Below are positions 25,009 to 37,261 of a stretch of DNA of 64,000 nucleotides, one piece after another. The notes beneath the pieces are model-generated. The model was given only the letters and a program-made list of their open reading frames with translations, searched no databases and was not told the origin of the DNA. The DNA is taken from NCBI GenBank assembly GCA_032718475.1, contig JAUCBJ010008172.1, forward strand, positions 9,601 through 73,600, read 5' to 3'. This DNA comes from Nemertoderma westbladi. Its lineage: Eukaryota > Animalia > Xenacoelomorpha. The translations under genes were made by a program, and so were the position numbers. Positions within the stretch are counted from its first letter, which is position 1. Each line of letters starts with the position of its first letter.

Positions 25009-25586
25009 GTATCACCCCAACGGTTGAATCGAACGTATTTCCCGTTAAATGCTTTTATTTCTATTCCTTCCCCCAAACACTCGAGGCCCCACACACTCTT
25101 ACCTGTAATCACCGATACGTATGGGGCGGGCGCACTATCAGTAGAGCTACCGCTTAATGACATCATTTTTGGTTGTGATGGTTTCACAGATTCCATCAAC
25201 AAATTTTGCGAAATATTAATAATTAAGTATAAAAATACAATAATATCGCGCTATACAATGTGCGAAAAATATGATAATGAATGAATTAACCCGAATGACG
25301 AAATAAAGTATTTTACGACATATTTATAATATAATGATGGGCTTTCGGGAAAACGGGTATATTTTAACCACTCAACCGGATTAATCGCTATTGTCCTGAG
25401 AGAATTTTTTTTTGAAAAACTTCCTATAAATTTCAAGGGAAATATTTATTTACGCTTAAATTGGTTGACGTAAGTGGTAACAGCTTGCGGTGGCGATTAA
25501 TGCGGTCTATATAAATTTTTATAGACACACCCCTGAAATTCCACAGAATATTACTCACGGTTAAATTGATTGACGTCAACTGTATT
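25009..25586 (-). pseudogene. 5' part and upstream region of PC4-like gene copy 1 (inverted repeat of 38302-38870)
   Basis: MESVKPSQPKM...KYVRFNRWGD; upstream DNA is the reverse complement of 38302-38690. Confidence 0.85.
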
Positions 25587-25668
25587 AACTGTGTAGCTTC
25601 TTAGAAGTTTCATAATTTTAAGCATGAGCGAATTTAATTTAATGTTGGCATCGCAAACTTTCTCTCCC

Positions 25669-26929
25669 GATCCACGAAGCTAAGGAAAATCAACTACTTT
25701 CGCTAAGAAAGATTTTCCTTAGCTGAGATGGTCTATTCATAGTGGGCTATTTTACTTGTGTGAGGCAGATTTGGTTTTTTTTGATTCCGGAAAAAACTAG
25801 CCTTTAAAAGTACCCTGAAATTTTGCATGTATGTACTACTCGTCGAGGCGCATCTTTTAGGCCGGGTCTCATATCCAGGAAAAATCTGGTTTCCATGGCA
25901 ACGGACTTAGAAAAAAGTCTATGTATTTCAAGTCAATATTTATAACTCTATTTGTAGGAAAACTATAATAGATATAAACTTGGGGTTTCTCAACTCAACT
26001 ATAAGTTCCATAGCAGAGCCGATTGAGGTTAAATAGAAAATCCAGTTACCTTGGCAACCGGGCTAAACAGATGTTAAAATTTATAAAATGTTAATTTGAA
26101 GCCTAAGGTTAAGGTGTTGTGACTTGGGACCAACCCCTACCCCCACTATATAACTTATTCTGCGTCCAAATTTCATTGTTCTATTTTGTAGTTTCCATGA
26201 CAACCGCTGAAAACAGATGTTTTAATACAAAAATTACTCATTTGGACGTAGACTTCGCGATAAAATTTTACGAAACTGGTTATGTGTTATCTGGACCACT
26301 AGTTCGAACTTTTAGTAAAACTCAAAACATTCCAGAAATATCTAGTTACCATGGTAACTGGAGTTTATTACAGATTATATCATTCAAGTCTATATTCATA
26401 ACTCTATTTATAGAATAACCGCAATAGATATAAACTTGGGGTTTCTCATCTCAATGATAAGAACAATAGTCGAGCTGATTGAGGTTAATTAGAAAATCCA
26501 GTTACCAGGGCAACCATGCTAAACAGATGTCCAAATTTATAAAATTGTTATTTGAAGCATAAATTTAAGGTATTACGACTTGGGACCAATCCCTACCCCC
26601 ACTATATCACTAATTCCGCATCCAATTTAAATTGTCGCATTTTTCAGTTTCCATGACAACCACTACAAACAGACGTTTTAACAATTAAATCCTTTGTTTT
26701 ACACATTAACTACTCAATGAAACTGAATTGAAGTATGTGTCACCTGGAACCACAAACCGGAGCTTAATGTAAACCTCAGCAGTTCTAGAAAACTCCGGTT
26801 GCCATGGTAATATGAGTTTTAAAGGCATATGCCTCTTAACTCTGTAAAGCAATGAAGTGATGAGTCAAAGAGTGTTTAATTTTCCTTAGCTTCGTGGTTG
26901 CATTTCCTTTAGGAAATGCCTTTCTAGTA
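25669..26929 (+). mobile_element. Non-autonomous Helentron/HINE (DINE-1-like) element, copy 1
   Basis: SubTIRs CCACGAAGCTAAGGAAAAT / ATTTTCCTTAGCTTCGTGG, internal IR forming a 5' stem-loop, internal subrepeats, 3' hairpin GCATTTCCT-TT-AGGAAATGC then CTAGT. Confidence 0.72.
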
Positions 26930-28167
26930 GATCCACGAAGCTAAGGAAAATCAACTACTTTCGCTAAGAAAGATTTTCCTTAGCTGAGATGGTCTATTCA
27001 TAGTGGGCTATTTTACTTGTATGGAGCAGATTAGTTTTTTTTTGATAGGTGAAAAAACTAGTCTTTAAAAGTACCCTGAAATTTTGCATGTATATACTAC
27101 TCGTCGAGGCGCATCTTTTGGACTGGGTCTCATATCCAGGAAAAATCTGGTTTCCATGGCAACGGACTTAGAAAAAAGTCTATGTATTTCAAGTCAATAT
27201 TTATAACTCTATTTGTAGGAAAACTATAATAGATATAAACTTGGGGTTTCTCAACACAACTATAAGGTCCATAGCAGAGCCGATTGAGGTTAAATAGAAA
27301 ATCCAGTTACCTTGGCAACCGGGCTAAACAGATGTTAAAATTTATAAAATGTTAATTTGAAGCCTAAGGTTAAGGTGTTATGACTTGGGACCAACCCCTA
27401 CCCCCACTATATAACTTATTCTGCGTCCGAACTTGATTGTTCTATTTTGCAGTTACCATGACAACCGCTGTAAACAGATGTTTTTATACAAAAATTACTC
27501 ATTTGGACATAGACTTCGCTATAAAATTTTACGAAACTGGTTATCTGTTACCTAGACCACTAGTTGGAACTTTTAGTGAAACTAAAAAACATTCCAGAAA
27601 TATCTAGTTACCGTGGTAACTGGAGTTTATTACAGATTATATCATTCAAGTCTATATTCATAACTCTATTTATAGAATAACCGCAATAGATATAAACTTG
27701 GGGTTTCTCAACTCAATGATAATGACAATAGTCGAGCTGATTGAGGTTTATTAGAAAATCCAGTTACCAGCGCAACCATGGTAAACAGATGTTCAAATTT
27801 ATAAAATGGTTATTTGAAGCATAACATTAAGGTATTTCGACTTGGGACCAATCCCTACCCCCACTATATCACTAATTACGCATCCAATTTAAATTGTCGC
27901 ATTTTTCAGTTTCCATGACAACCACTACAAACAGACGTTTTAACAATTAAATCCTTTGTTTTACACATTAACTACTCAATGAAACTGAATTGAAGTATGT
28001 GTCACCTGGAACCACAAACCGGATCTTAATGTAATCCTCAGCAGTTCTAGAAAATTCCGGTTGCCATTGTAATATGAGTTTTTAAGGCATATGCCTCTTA
28101 ACTCTGTAAAGCAATAAAGTGATGAGTCAAAGAGTGTTTAATTTTCCTTAGCTTCGTGGTTGCAACC
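26930..28167 (+). mobile_element. HINE-like element copy 2, head-to-tail, 3' hairpin missing
   Basis: Highly similar ~1.24-kb tandem copy; ends at GTTGC followed by a short inverted AACCACG. Confidence 0.72.
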
Positions 28168-28253
28168 ACGATTTCATTGTCTCATTTTGCTTATGTAATT
28201 CAATCGAGAAATGTGACTTATTATTATCCAAGCCGAATCACGAAAATTTAATT

Positions 28254-28958
28254 ATGTTCACTGATTCATTATCAGGTCACGTCCTATCTAAGACTGCGGT
28301 TTGTTTGCATAAACCTATTTTTTTAGGCCAAGCTGTATTGGACCTGTCGAAGTTAGATTATTACAGTTTCTTCTACGAGAAATTAAAGCCCCTGGAAGCC
28401 GAATTAAATTGTAGTATAAATTTGTTAGGTGGGGACACAGATTCTTTTTTTTTACAGTGTGTTGGTTTATCCCAACACCAATTTTTATCTGCGTTACAAT
28501 CAAAAAAAGTTTTAGACTGTTCAAATTATCCTATTACACATCCGTTGTATACAGTAGAACAGAAAGGGAAATATAGATATTTAAAGGATGAAGGGAAGTC
28601 TATCCCGTTTGACCAGGTTATTTTACTTAGACCAAAATATTATAGCTTTCGTGGGGGGTCAGTTCCAAAACGTGCCGCTAAAGGCGTAGGAAAAATGGTT
28701 ATAAAAAATAAACTCTCCCACGAATCATATTTAAAAGTATATAACGAGGTTAGCGAGCATTACGAATACAGTCAAAGGTTTCAATCTAATTTACATAAAA
28801 TATACACCGTTTCACAAAGAAAAAAATCGCTAACACTGTGGGAAGATAAAAGATACTACACATCGACTAATGAAAGTCTACCTTACGGCCATTATAAAAC
28901 ACATTTGGATCGTAAAGCGCCTGCCCCTAAGCTTTATATACCGCCCATTATAGAATAG
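28254..28958 (+). CDS. polB: Protein-primed family B DNA polymerase, C-terminal part (5' part lost)
   Basis: KPIFLGQAVLDLSK, GGDTDSF, LKDE, LRPKYYS, AKGV, EDKRY, SLPYGHY. Confidence 0.88.
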   Translation: MFTDSLSGHVLSKTAVCLHKPIFLGQAVLDLSKLDYYSFFYEKLKPLEAELNCSINLLGGDTDSFFLQCVGLSQHQFLSALQSKKVLDCSNYPITHPLYTVEQKGKYRYLKDEGKSIPFDQVILLRPKYYSFRGGSVPKRAAKGVGKMVIKNKLSHESYLKVYNEVSEHYEYSQRFQSNLHKIYTVSQRKKSLTLWEDKRYYTSTNESLPYGHYKTHLDRKAPAPKLYIPPIIE

Positions 28959-28967
28959 CGGATTGCG

Positions 28968-29551
28968 ATGTCTTTTAGTGTTGTCAACAGTAATATAAGT
29001 TTGAGGTTGGTTGGATGGATGGTTGGTGGAGGTTGGATGGGTGCATATCATTCGATGTGCTGGCTAAACGAATTCGAAATGGAAAACTCATCTTAAAGCC
29101 TTTTCAATATATCACCAAAATTTGCGGATGGTCGTGTCTCTTTTTCCCGAGCGGTAAGGTCACTGTACTCGGTAAATCGCCTAAAATAAAAAAAATTATT
29201 AAGTATATATATAAGCATACTGATTATAAACTAACTTTTATTTCAATCAATAGCCAAACTTATATTATTAACAATCTAGACATAGACTATAGCAAATTAA
29301 TGAAAACGGTCGGGTTTCATTTTTTAGATAATTATTATAATGTGGAGGTGAAATATGAGCCGGAGATATTTAATAATATTCTTGTGCAGTTTTATCATCG
29401 GGGTAAAACTAGTTCTAATATCATAAAATTTTGCGTTTTTTACACACGAAATGTTGTATGTATGGCAAGACCCAGGATATTTCGAGTATTTTTTCCAAAG
29501 TTTTTGAATTTTATTGGTAATTTAGATAGTCATTTAGGTAGAAATATTTAA
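28968..29551 (+). CDS. TATA-binding-protein-like viral protein, probably frameshifted near the N-terminus
   Basis: SCLFFPSGKVTVLG, YEPEIFNNILVQF, FCVFYTRNVVC resemble the two TBP repeats; MSFSVVNSNISL at 28968 is in another frame. Confidence 0.6.
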
Positions 29552-29976
29552 TATTTAATTTTTTCATTTCTGGTGCCAGTTAGGTTTGTCCGGTGGGATC
29601 TCGTTAGGTTTTTAAATAAACGTGGATATTAACATTATTCACATTATATATAACATGTTTTATCGGTAGTCTTAGGTTGTCAAGGGCGTCAATTTCATTT
29701 CTGATGTCGGTTTATATTTACATAAATCTAGTCTATCTGTCTATTTGTCGGTCTTTCTGTCAGTCAGTATGTCAAAATTAATTCATTGTTCGCGTTATAT
29801 AATGTATTTTATTAATTATTGATGTTAGGTTTTAAAGAGTGCCAGTTTCTATAATTGCTTGGTTTTATCGCGTGAAAAACCCCACCCACGCATATAATCG
29901 ATACTATTTATAACGGTGGTGGTGTTTTATTACTTACAATTATTGTTCTCGTTTATATAAGTTATTAATATATGTA

Positions 29977-30318
29977 ATGAAATCACTCAAAGCTTTAATT
30001 AAACAATTTGACGGGGATTTAAAGTTCTTATCTAACGCCTCCCTTAACCGTAGAAAAACCTTCTTACGCGTCGGCAGAACCGACGAACTTATAAGTTTTC
30101 TAATTAATATTAATCTAAATGTATTAAATGGTAACGTAAAAATTCCTGAGCAAACAATCGTGAGGTTAAAACGCCATAAAAAAACAATACGCGAGATCGC
30201 TAAAAAGCCAAAAGCAGCCAAGTATCCCATTCGAATTTATCGTAAACGATTGGTGCAAAGGGGCAGATTTATAAATCGACTAATCTCTGGTTTAATGAGT
30301 GGGCTTAACGCTTATTAG
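29977..30318 (+). CDS. Small basic Polinton core (pVII/mu-like) protein
   Basis: NVLNGNVKI..RLKRHKKTIREIA..RKRLVQRGRF followed by an amphipathic tail (degenerate QxGGF motif). Confidence 0.65.
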   Translation: MKSLKALIKQFDGDLKFLSNASLNRRKTFLRVGRTDELISFLININLNVLNGNVKIPEQTIVRLKRHKKTIREIAKKPKAAKYPIRIYRKRLVQRGRFINRLISGLMSGLNAY

Positions 30319-30458
30319 AAAATATCACCCATAATAACGGCTGTAAGAGGCAGAAAATTAGCCCAATCCCGCCGGGGGTATAGACCTAGTACCTCTGGTA
30401 CACGCGTCAACCGTCAAGTTTCTAGGTTTCCCATCTACTGAGTGGCTACCTATCAACA

Positions 30459-31169
30459 ATGTCCCGAGAGCCGACGATATCGCAGGAACCAATCACATCA
30501 TACGACGCCTCTTTCAAGATGGGTTCGGCCATGATTATTGCGGGTCCAAGTTCTTCCGGAAAAACAGTGCTGGTATCAAAAATTGTAAAAAATAAAAATT
30601 TAGTTTTTGATATAACCCCGAAGCATGTATTATTCTTTTATGGCGCCACCCCACCAGAATTCCCAGGTATAACACATCTATTCAAAGGTTTACCGCAAAA
30701 AATTAATTCTATTTTCCGCGAAAACGATCTAATTATTATAGACGACTTGTTAAGCGAAAGTAAGAGTGATGAGAGTTTGACAGAAAGCTTCACAAAAACC
30801 TGCCATCATACTTCCTGTTTCATTATCTATATAACACAAAATTTCTTCAGTAAAGGGGCGGAAACACGGACTAGAAGTCTAAATGCCCAATATTGTATTT
30901 TCACAAAAAATCCCCACGACGCAAGTCAAATAAGTTATATAGCGCGGCAAGTGTACCCAAAAAATAGCAATTTTATTGTTCAAGCATATAGTGACGCCAC
31001 ACAAAAACCATTCACACACCTTCTCTTAGACTTTCATCAAAAAACGGATGATAGTATAAGAGTTAGGGGTGATATTTTAAACCCATTAGGGCAAACTGTT
31101 TATCAACCCACGAACACGAACTCTAACACACCTCACCAACGCCCTGAGGCTCAGTCTATACCGCAGTAG
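30459..31169 (+). CDS. A32/FtsK-like packaging ATPase
   Basis: Walker A IIAGPSSSGKT, Walker B LIIIDD, YITQNFF, RTRSLNAQY. Confidence 0.9.
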   Translation: MSREPTISQEPITSYDASFKMGSAMIIAGPSSSGKTVLVSKIVKNKNLVFDITPKHVLFFYGATPPEFPGITHLFKGLPQKINSIFRENDLIIIDDLLSESKSDESLTESFTKTCHHTSCFIIYITQNFFSKGAETRTRSLNAQYCIFTKNPHDASQISYIARQVYPKNSNFIVQAYSDATQKPFTHLLLDFHQKTDDSIRVRGDILNPLGQTVYQPTNTNSNTPHQRPEAQSIPQ

Positions 31170-31290
31170 CGACGCCGCGCGAAAACCATTTTCACACCTT
31201 GTTTAGACTTTCACCAAAATTAGGTTATTATCGGTCCATGAACGTGAACTCTAGTATATAGTATTAATATATTAATAATGATATATAACG

Positions 31291-31752
31291 ATGAAAAATA
31301 ACGAGATTAGCCTCGGAAATTTTAAGAAGTTGTATCTAGTTTCTACTTTATTAACGGATACTTATAATAATAATAATAAGAAAAGCAATAATATAATACA
31401 ACCGCTAGATGGTGTGACAATTTTATCCCAGAAAGCCAAACGATTGTTGAGTTATTTGATGCGATTCTCGCGAGACAGAGTACGGTGGAGTGATAATAAT
31501 AAACTCTATATACAAAATAAACTTATACCCGGAGCGAATATTGATCATTTGATTGAATTGCTGACTACAAAAAAAAAATAAGAAAAACACCAAAATAATT
31601 CCAGGACAAACAACATTTTTGGGGTTATTAAAACGATTAAGGATACCAAAACGATTAATTGGTCGCGGTTGGTTGAAACGGCAAAGGGTCCGTGTGACCC
31701 CCTCCAACGCAAAACGCGTCGACGCGTGGAAACAATACGTAGGACTACAATA
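31291..31752 (+). pseudogene. Conserved Polinton hypothetical protein, frameshifted at a poly-A run (~31570)
   Basis: KAKRLL..VRWSDNNKLYIQNKLIPGANIDHLI, continuing PGQQHFLGLLKRLRIP in a shifted frame. Confidence 0.55.
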
Positions 31753-31871
31753 AATCGACGTGCGGAAACAAAACGCGGGATAACATTAAAATAGTAGTAT
31801 GTTTTTTGAACGTTTCATATTAAGTATTAACTGTCATTGCAAGTGTTTTCTACCGCGACACGACACAACCG

Positions 31872-32680
31872 ATGGGGAGAATCGTAGAAAATCGAACAAA
31901 CAAACGACTGGGAAGAATATATTACGATGTTTCAAATGCTGCCGGTTTCGTTCGCCGGCTAGGCGCCATTACCCGACATCGGTTATTATCGGTCCATGAA
32001 CGTGAACTCTAGTATATAGTATTAATATATTAATAATGATATATAACGATGAAAAATAACGAGATTAGCCTCGGAAATTTTAAGAAGTTGTATCTAGTTT
32101 CTACTTTATTAACGGATACTTATAATAATAATAAGAAATGTACAGAATTTTCACGAGGAGACAGAATAGAGAATGGATGAGTATATTGCCAAAAATATTG
32201 GTTGCATATAATAATTCAATACATAGAACCATTGGTATGGCGCCAAACTCAGTCAATAAAAATAATGAAACTGACTCATTTTTAAAACTATATGGCAGTG
32301 TGGGCCATCCCAATAAAAAGAAACGCCGCGAACAGCGTCGAGTTTATTTCAAAGTTGGCGATAAAGTGTGTCTGAGTTTAACCGCGACGCCATTTTCCAA
32401 AGGATATACACCTAACTATACCAGGGAAATTTTCGAAATTTCTAGAATACGGATGGATCGAGAGCCGTACCCTATGTACGAAGTTATGGATGTGAATAGG
32501 CGTGTTATTAAAGGGACATTTTATCAATATGAAATGAAAAAGTTGAAAGAACCGTTTGAGTTCTTACCAATTGAAAAAGTAATCAAGGAAAAAGTAATAA
32601 ACAAAAAAACAGGGAAAAAACAATACCTGGTAAAATTCGTTGGTTATGCGAAGCACCGGTGGGTTGATAGGATACAATAA
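31872..32680 (+). pseudogene. int: Polinton integrase with chromodomain; catalytic core replaced by a local duplication
   Basis: N-terminal RIYYDVSNAAGF; C-terminal AYNNSIHRTIGMAP, FKVGDKV, FSKGYTPNYTREIF, IEKVIKE..YLVKFVGY..RWV. Confidence 0.8.
31981..32138 (+). repeat. ~160-bp direct duplication of 31223-31383
   Basis: GGTTATTATCGGTCCATG...AATAATAAGAAA present at both sites. Confidence 0.9.
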
Positions 32681-33555
32681 TGGATCGCTTACATTTGACA
32701 TTGACTTCTGACGCCAGTCTAGATAAATATCCTAACAACACCCTGAGCGATTTTACAATTGAATTGTCCAAACCTATTCCCATTACCACGGATTGGGTTG
32801 TGGGCCTAAAAGAAATACAATATGTATCAACTTATAGGAATATTGAGCAAAGATCCGGAATTTAAAATTGGCGAATACATGGAAGATGCGGATATACCAT
32901 TCCATATTGCTCCATATAATCTTATTGAAATCGATCTTAATCATGGGCTGTATGCTTCCGTTGAGTCAATTATAAATTATATTACCGTATATTTGAAAAA
33001 AAATTCCATAGCACATCATGGTTTCTCCGATGTTAAGTTTAATTATCACAAGCACACATCGAAAATACATTTGCATTCTATGAAAGGACGCTATTTCCAA
33101 TTCTACGGGGATTTAATAAATATATTTGGCTTATCGTCTTTAAAAAAAATAACATACTTGGTCTTGACGCGTTTTGGTCAATACTTTACAACCCAGAAGA
33201 CAACTTACTAAGTTTAGGCTCTAGAAATTCAGACAAAAATGGAATTGACTTTCCTGAACCCTGCGATATAACGAGGGATAGACATACAATGTTTATATAT
33301 ACAGATATAATTGAATCTTCCCACGTGGGGCATTCTATGGTTCCTCTGTTGCGGATAATCCCGTTAAAATGGCAATCATACTCATTTATAAGTCAAGAGT
33401 TCGAAGACACTCATTACAAACAGTTAAAAAATCAAAAATTTGTTAATACAATTAGTATAACGCTTCGCGATCATAAAGGAAAGCATATAGTGTTTCACGG
33501 TGGTAAAACAATTTTAGTTCTAGAACTAAAAAAACAGGAACAGATTTCACGCTGA
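32680..33555 (+). pseudogene. Polinton minor capsid (penton) protein, frameshifted
   Basis: LTLTSDASLDKYPNNTLSDFTIEL..WVVGLKEIQY; MFIYTDIIESSHVGHSMVPLLRII; ISITLRDHKG. Confidence 0.8.
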
Positions 33556-36500
33556 ATTCTGAACTGTCTATAACACTTGACAGTGAACATACCCTAGTAT
33601 TATTTGGAGCAGAGGTTGTTACTGCTAATGACTTAATTTCTTTGAAATAACATGTCGATACATTGTGCTCATTGACTGTCTTATTTGGCCATGTGACCTC
33701 GCCCCCTAGACTCAGAAATTTGGGGCCATGTCTCCAAATATTTGAGTTTATTAATTGTTCTGCTGACAGACCTCTCGTTGGAATATCAGCCGGGTTCATT
33801 GAACCTGGACAGTGTCACCATTGGGCATTTAACTCGTTTGTTAATTTACGAATTTCTGCTAGGCGATTTTGAACAAACTGCTTACAGTTTTGGTTAGTTG
33901 ATTTTATCCAACACAAAACGTCGTAAGCGTCTGTCCACAAGTATACAGTACATTTTGTTGTTGAAAATCGTAGTCCTGTAAATGTGAACTTTGTTAATCT
34001 AGTCAAGATTAACGCCCCTAATAATTCTAGTCTGGGTATTGACTGTTTAGCCAGCTGGCATACTTTTGACTTGGTCGACAACAGTGTGACGCTGACTGAT
34101 GTATCAGAGTATTCTGCTCTGATGTATGTAACAGCCGCATATAATTGTTTACTTGCATCGGAGAACCCGCGCAATTGAATGGATACAATTTTTCGTGTTG
34201 TATTGAATAGACATCTGTTAATTTCGAAATGCCTGAAAACTAAAAGTCCATCAACCCATTTCATCCACAATGGAAGAAGGAGTGAAGGAATATTTTCATC
34301 CCATTCAACCTTTTCCTTTGCCAAAGTTTGTAGTGTCGCTTTCATTGGAGCAGTGTGTAAGGTGGGAGAAACCCCAGTGGGTTGTAAATTCTTGCAATTA
34401 ATTGCAGCACGCCCCTTTTTGATGGTGTAATGGTTCATATATATTTGCGAACACTACTTAGATCAAAACCTAATTTGTCATCATTTAGATGCCATAATTG
34501 CCCTAAAACGTGACTAGTGTTATTATTTTGTGGTTCAGGTTGTGCAATAGAAACTTTAGCATGTTTGAATATCTTCAAGTTTGTTATCTGTACTATCTAT
34601 AGGATTTTTTGTGATTACTATTTTTGCTAGTTTCTATTTGTTTCATTTCATTTTCTTCGGTTTGATTGAAAATTTGTCTTAGTTCTTTATCGTTTGTTTT
34701 CCAACGACGAATATTAAAACCGTCTCTAGCTAAGATTGCCTTTGTCGCCAATTGGAGTTGTCGACCTTCTGATATGTCATTGACCCCCGTATTTAAATCG
34801 TCTACATGCATATTATTGTCTTGTAGTTTAGGGATTGCAGTCGCTTCTGGAGTACTTGCGGATTTCGATTCTAATTGTAAGTGATGTTCTAACATGGCAC
34901 TTAATTAGGAACCGAAGGTTACTTTCTGTAAGAATTTGATGTAATAGTAGTAATAGTAATAGTAATATTTTGAAGCGAAATAACATAAAAACGGCTCTAA
35001 CGATTTTGTTAAAATTTTGCATAACGCAATGTTTTGATGACCACTATCGTTTCCCGCTGGTCCCATGTCTGTCCATAGAATGTGGGCTCGAAAAATAGTC
35101 ATAAACGAAAAAACGCCATAGGCGCAATGATAAAACACCAGCTGGAGTGCATGAAAAATGTATAGAGGGCCTAGTGATTCTATTCAATAGAGAAAGGGCC
35201 AACTAACAAGGATGTACTTTCTGTGCCAAGTTTTTATTTAATCACTCACTCTTTCAACCCAGACTATAAGCAAACTTTAACTTGGTTAGTAATCTACTAT
35301 TATCCCATCAGCTGAATAACTCTTCCCCGTGCTTCCTAAGGGAATATCTACAAGGTGGTGGTGGGTTGTGGGTCAGCGGAATGAATTTTAGTTACACACA
35401 TAGTGCTGGTTACCGTTAATGGTACTATACTCAGCTAATAATAAAATAATAATTGATGTATTTAAAAATCCGAGAGGGGGGTGAGTTAGTGACTTGCTTG
35501 GCAAACATTAATTATATTAATCTGTCAAACCAGAGGGAATACAGAGTGGGATCTACAGTACCTGTCTCTGTATAACTTTTTGCCCAGCTGATAGCTCCTT
35601 TAATCCAACACAAACTGTTGCCCTGGATTCAATGAATGCGAATGTCTATTACAGTAGGTTCCTGGGAAAAGCTGGCCACGTGAATGACTTTTTAGTTATA
35701 GAGTAGTGTACACGAGTGAGGCTTAACTCTCTCAGCGAACAATTATAATTATACTATGGCTAGTTATATATTCTGATATTGGCTTCCGACACACACACTG
35801 AAACCTACACCTAAGTTCGCTGGTTATTCGCAGTTCTGACTCGCCATATATGAACCTAACTGTATGGTACTATTGATAAACTATACTAATTGCAATGTTC
35901 AATTAAAATCAGAGTTTGGAGGTCTAATTATGTTTTGGCAACATTAATACTATGAGTGGTGTTTGGTATTATATATAATTTTGATGTAGACAGGATATAT
36001 GTTGCCCTAACTGCTTTAATAATTACTAGGAACAGATTATGAGATATATGAGTTTCTTTTCCCTAAATTGAGAATTTAACATTGAGGCGGGATATTAATT
36101 CGCCAAGGTAGGTTTTGCGTCCACTTCCCCCCCTGTCTCCTTTGTTCACTACCTTGGTGCAATTTTTTATTATAAATGCTGAACATACGTGCAAATTACA
36201 GTATTAGTATAGGTAGTGCTGGCTGATACTGGGTGCTCATATTTGTATTGTGACGACGTCAGACCGAAAGCTGCACCTGTGTATCTATATGCTTGGAGTT
36301 CTTGATTTTCTGAGTTTACATCTTTTATGTTTTTTATCCATAAAACGTAAATAGTTTCTGTCCGCTTGATCAATCTGACAACGCATAAATGCTTGTTCTT
36401 TATCGGCGCTTATTCCTATATTTTGGATGCGGAAATATAGTGAATTGTGGCATTTATAACGTTGTCATATCTTTCAAGGAGATCAGTTTTGATTAAACGC

Positions 36501-37261
36501 CGTAACAGCGATGATAGTTGCTTGGAGCAAAATGTGAAATGATCCAATAAACTTTCGGGATTAATTTTCCTCGGTATTCCTACTGAATATAGACCATCTA
36601 TTTTTGTTATATTTTCTATGATGTTTGTGGTTTTCTCATCAGCATCGTTTATTCCGATGCTTTCAAGTGACCAAAAATAATTCAACAAATTTATCAGATT
36701 ATCATTGTTATTGTTAGTTTGTGATTTGTTCGACTCCATTGTTTGAGTTTCTATTAAGTTGCATGTAACATTGTTTGATTTGGTTAAATTTGTTGAACCA
36801 TGAAAGTTTGTTCCATAAACTTTCCCTGATAGTAACCACCCTACTCCGCTGTCTATAGCTACGAAATTAGAGTCAGATGAGCGGATACAAGTACCACTGG
36901 CAAACTCCCAGTAGTAGTCTGCCCCTACAAGTAGTTGTACTGGAAATGTATCATGTGAGTCTGACATTAATGTAGGATCTGCGAGATCTGTTGCCTTGAG
37001 TGAAAGTTTTGCTCTCCATTCACTAGAAGTTATATTATTTTGTAATGGCTCACATATTTTTGGTACAACAACTGCTTCTATAGCAGCAATTGGCCCATTC
37101 CGCAACAACAAGTTTACTTTGAATATCTGGTGATTTAGCGCAACCTTCTTGCCTCCACCAAATCCTTGAACGGACATTCTTTCTTGTCCAATTGGCCTTA
37201 AATTATGCTCGTTAACAAATTCTTGTGTAATGAATGTCCAACAGTCTTCATAGAGCATCAA
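33553..37261 (-). mobile_element. Old fragmented Bel/Pao relic (PR, RT, RNase H pieces) with an internal ~1.2-kb unrelated insert
   Basis: LLVGADYYW..SGVGWLLSG; AAFGLTSS; MHVDDL; GFSDASKQLYAA, SIPRLELLGA, WTDA; NPADIPTRG. Confidence 0.82.

Larger units (their letters stand above)
28168..33555 (+). mobile_element. Polinton/Maverick (adintovirus-like) endogenous viral fragment
   Basis: Co-oriented, intronless, AT-rich pPolB, core protein, A32-like ATPase, integrase-chromodomain and penton genes. Confidence 0.88.

Noticed and set aside
34940-36170. Classifiable insertion inside the Bel/Pao relic
   Set aside because: A (TAA/TAG)n tract and weak terminal similarity only; no family assignable
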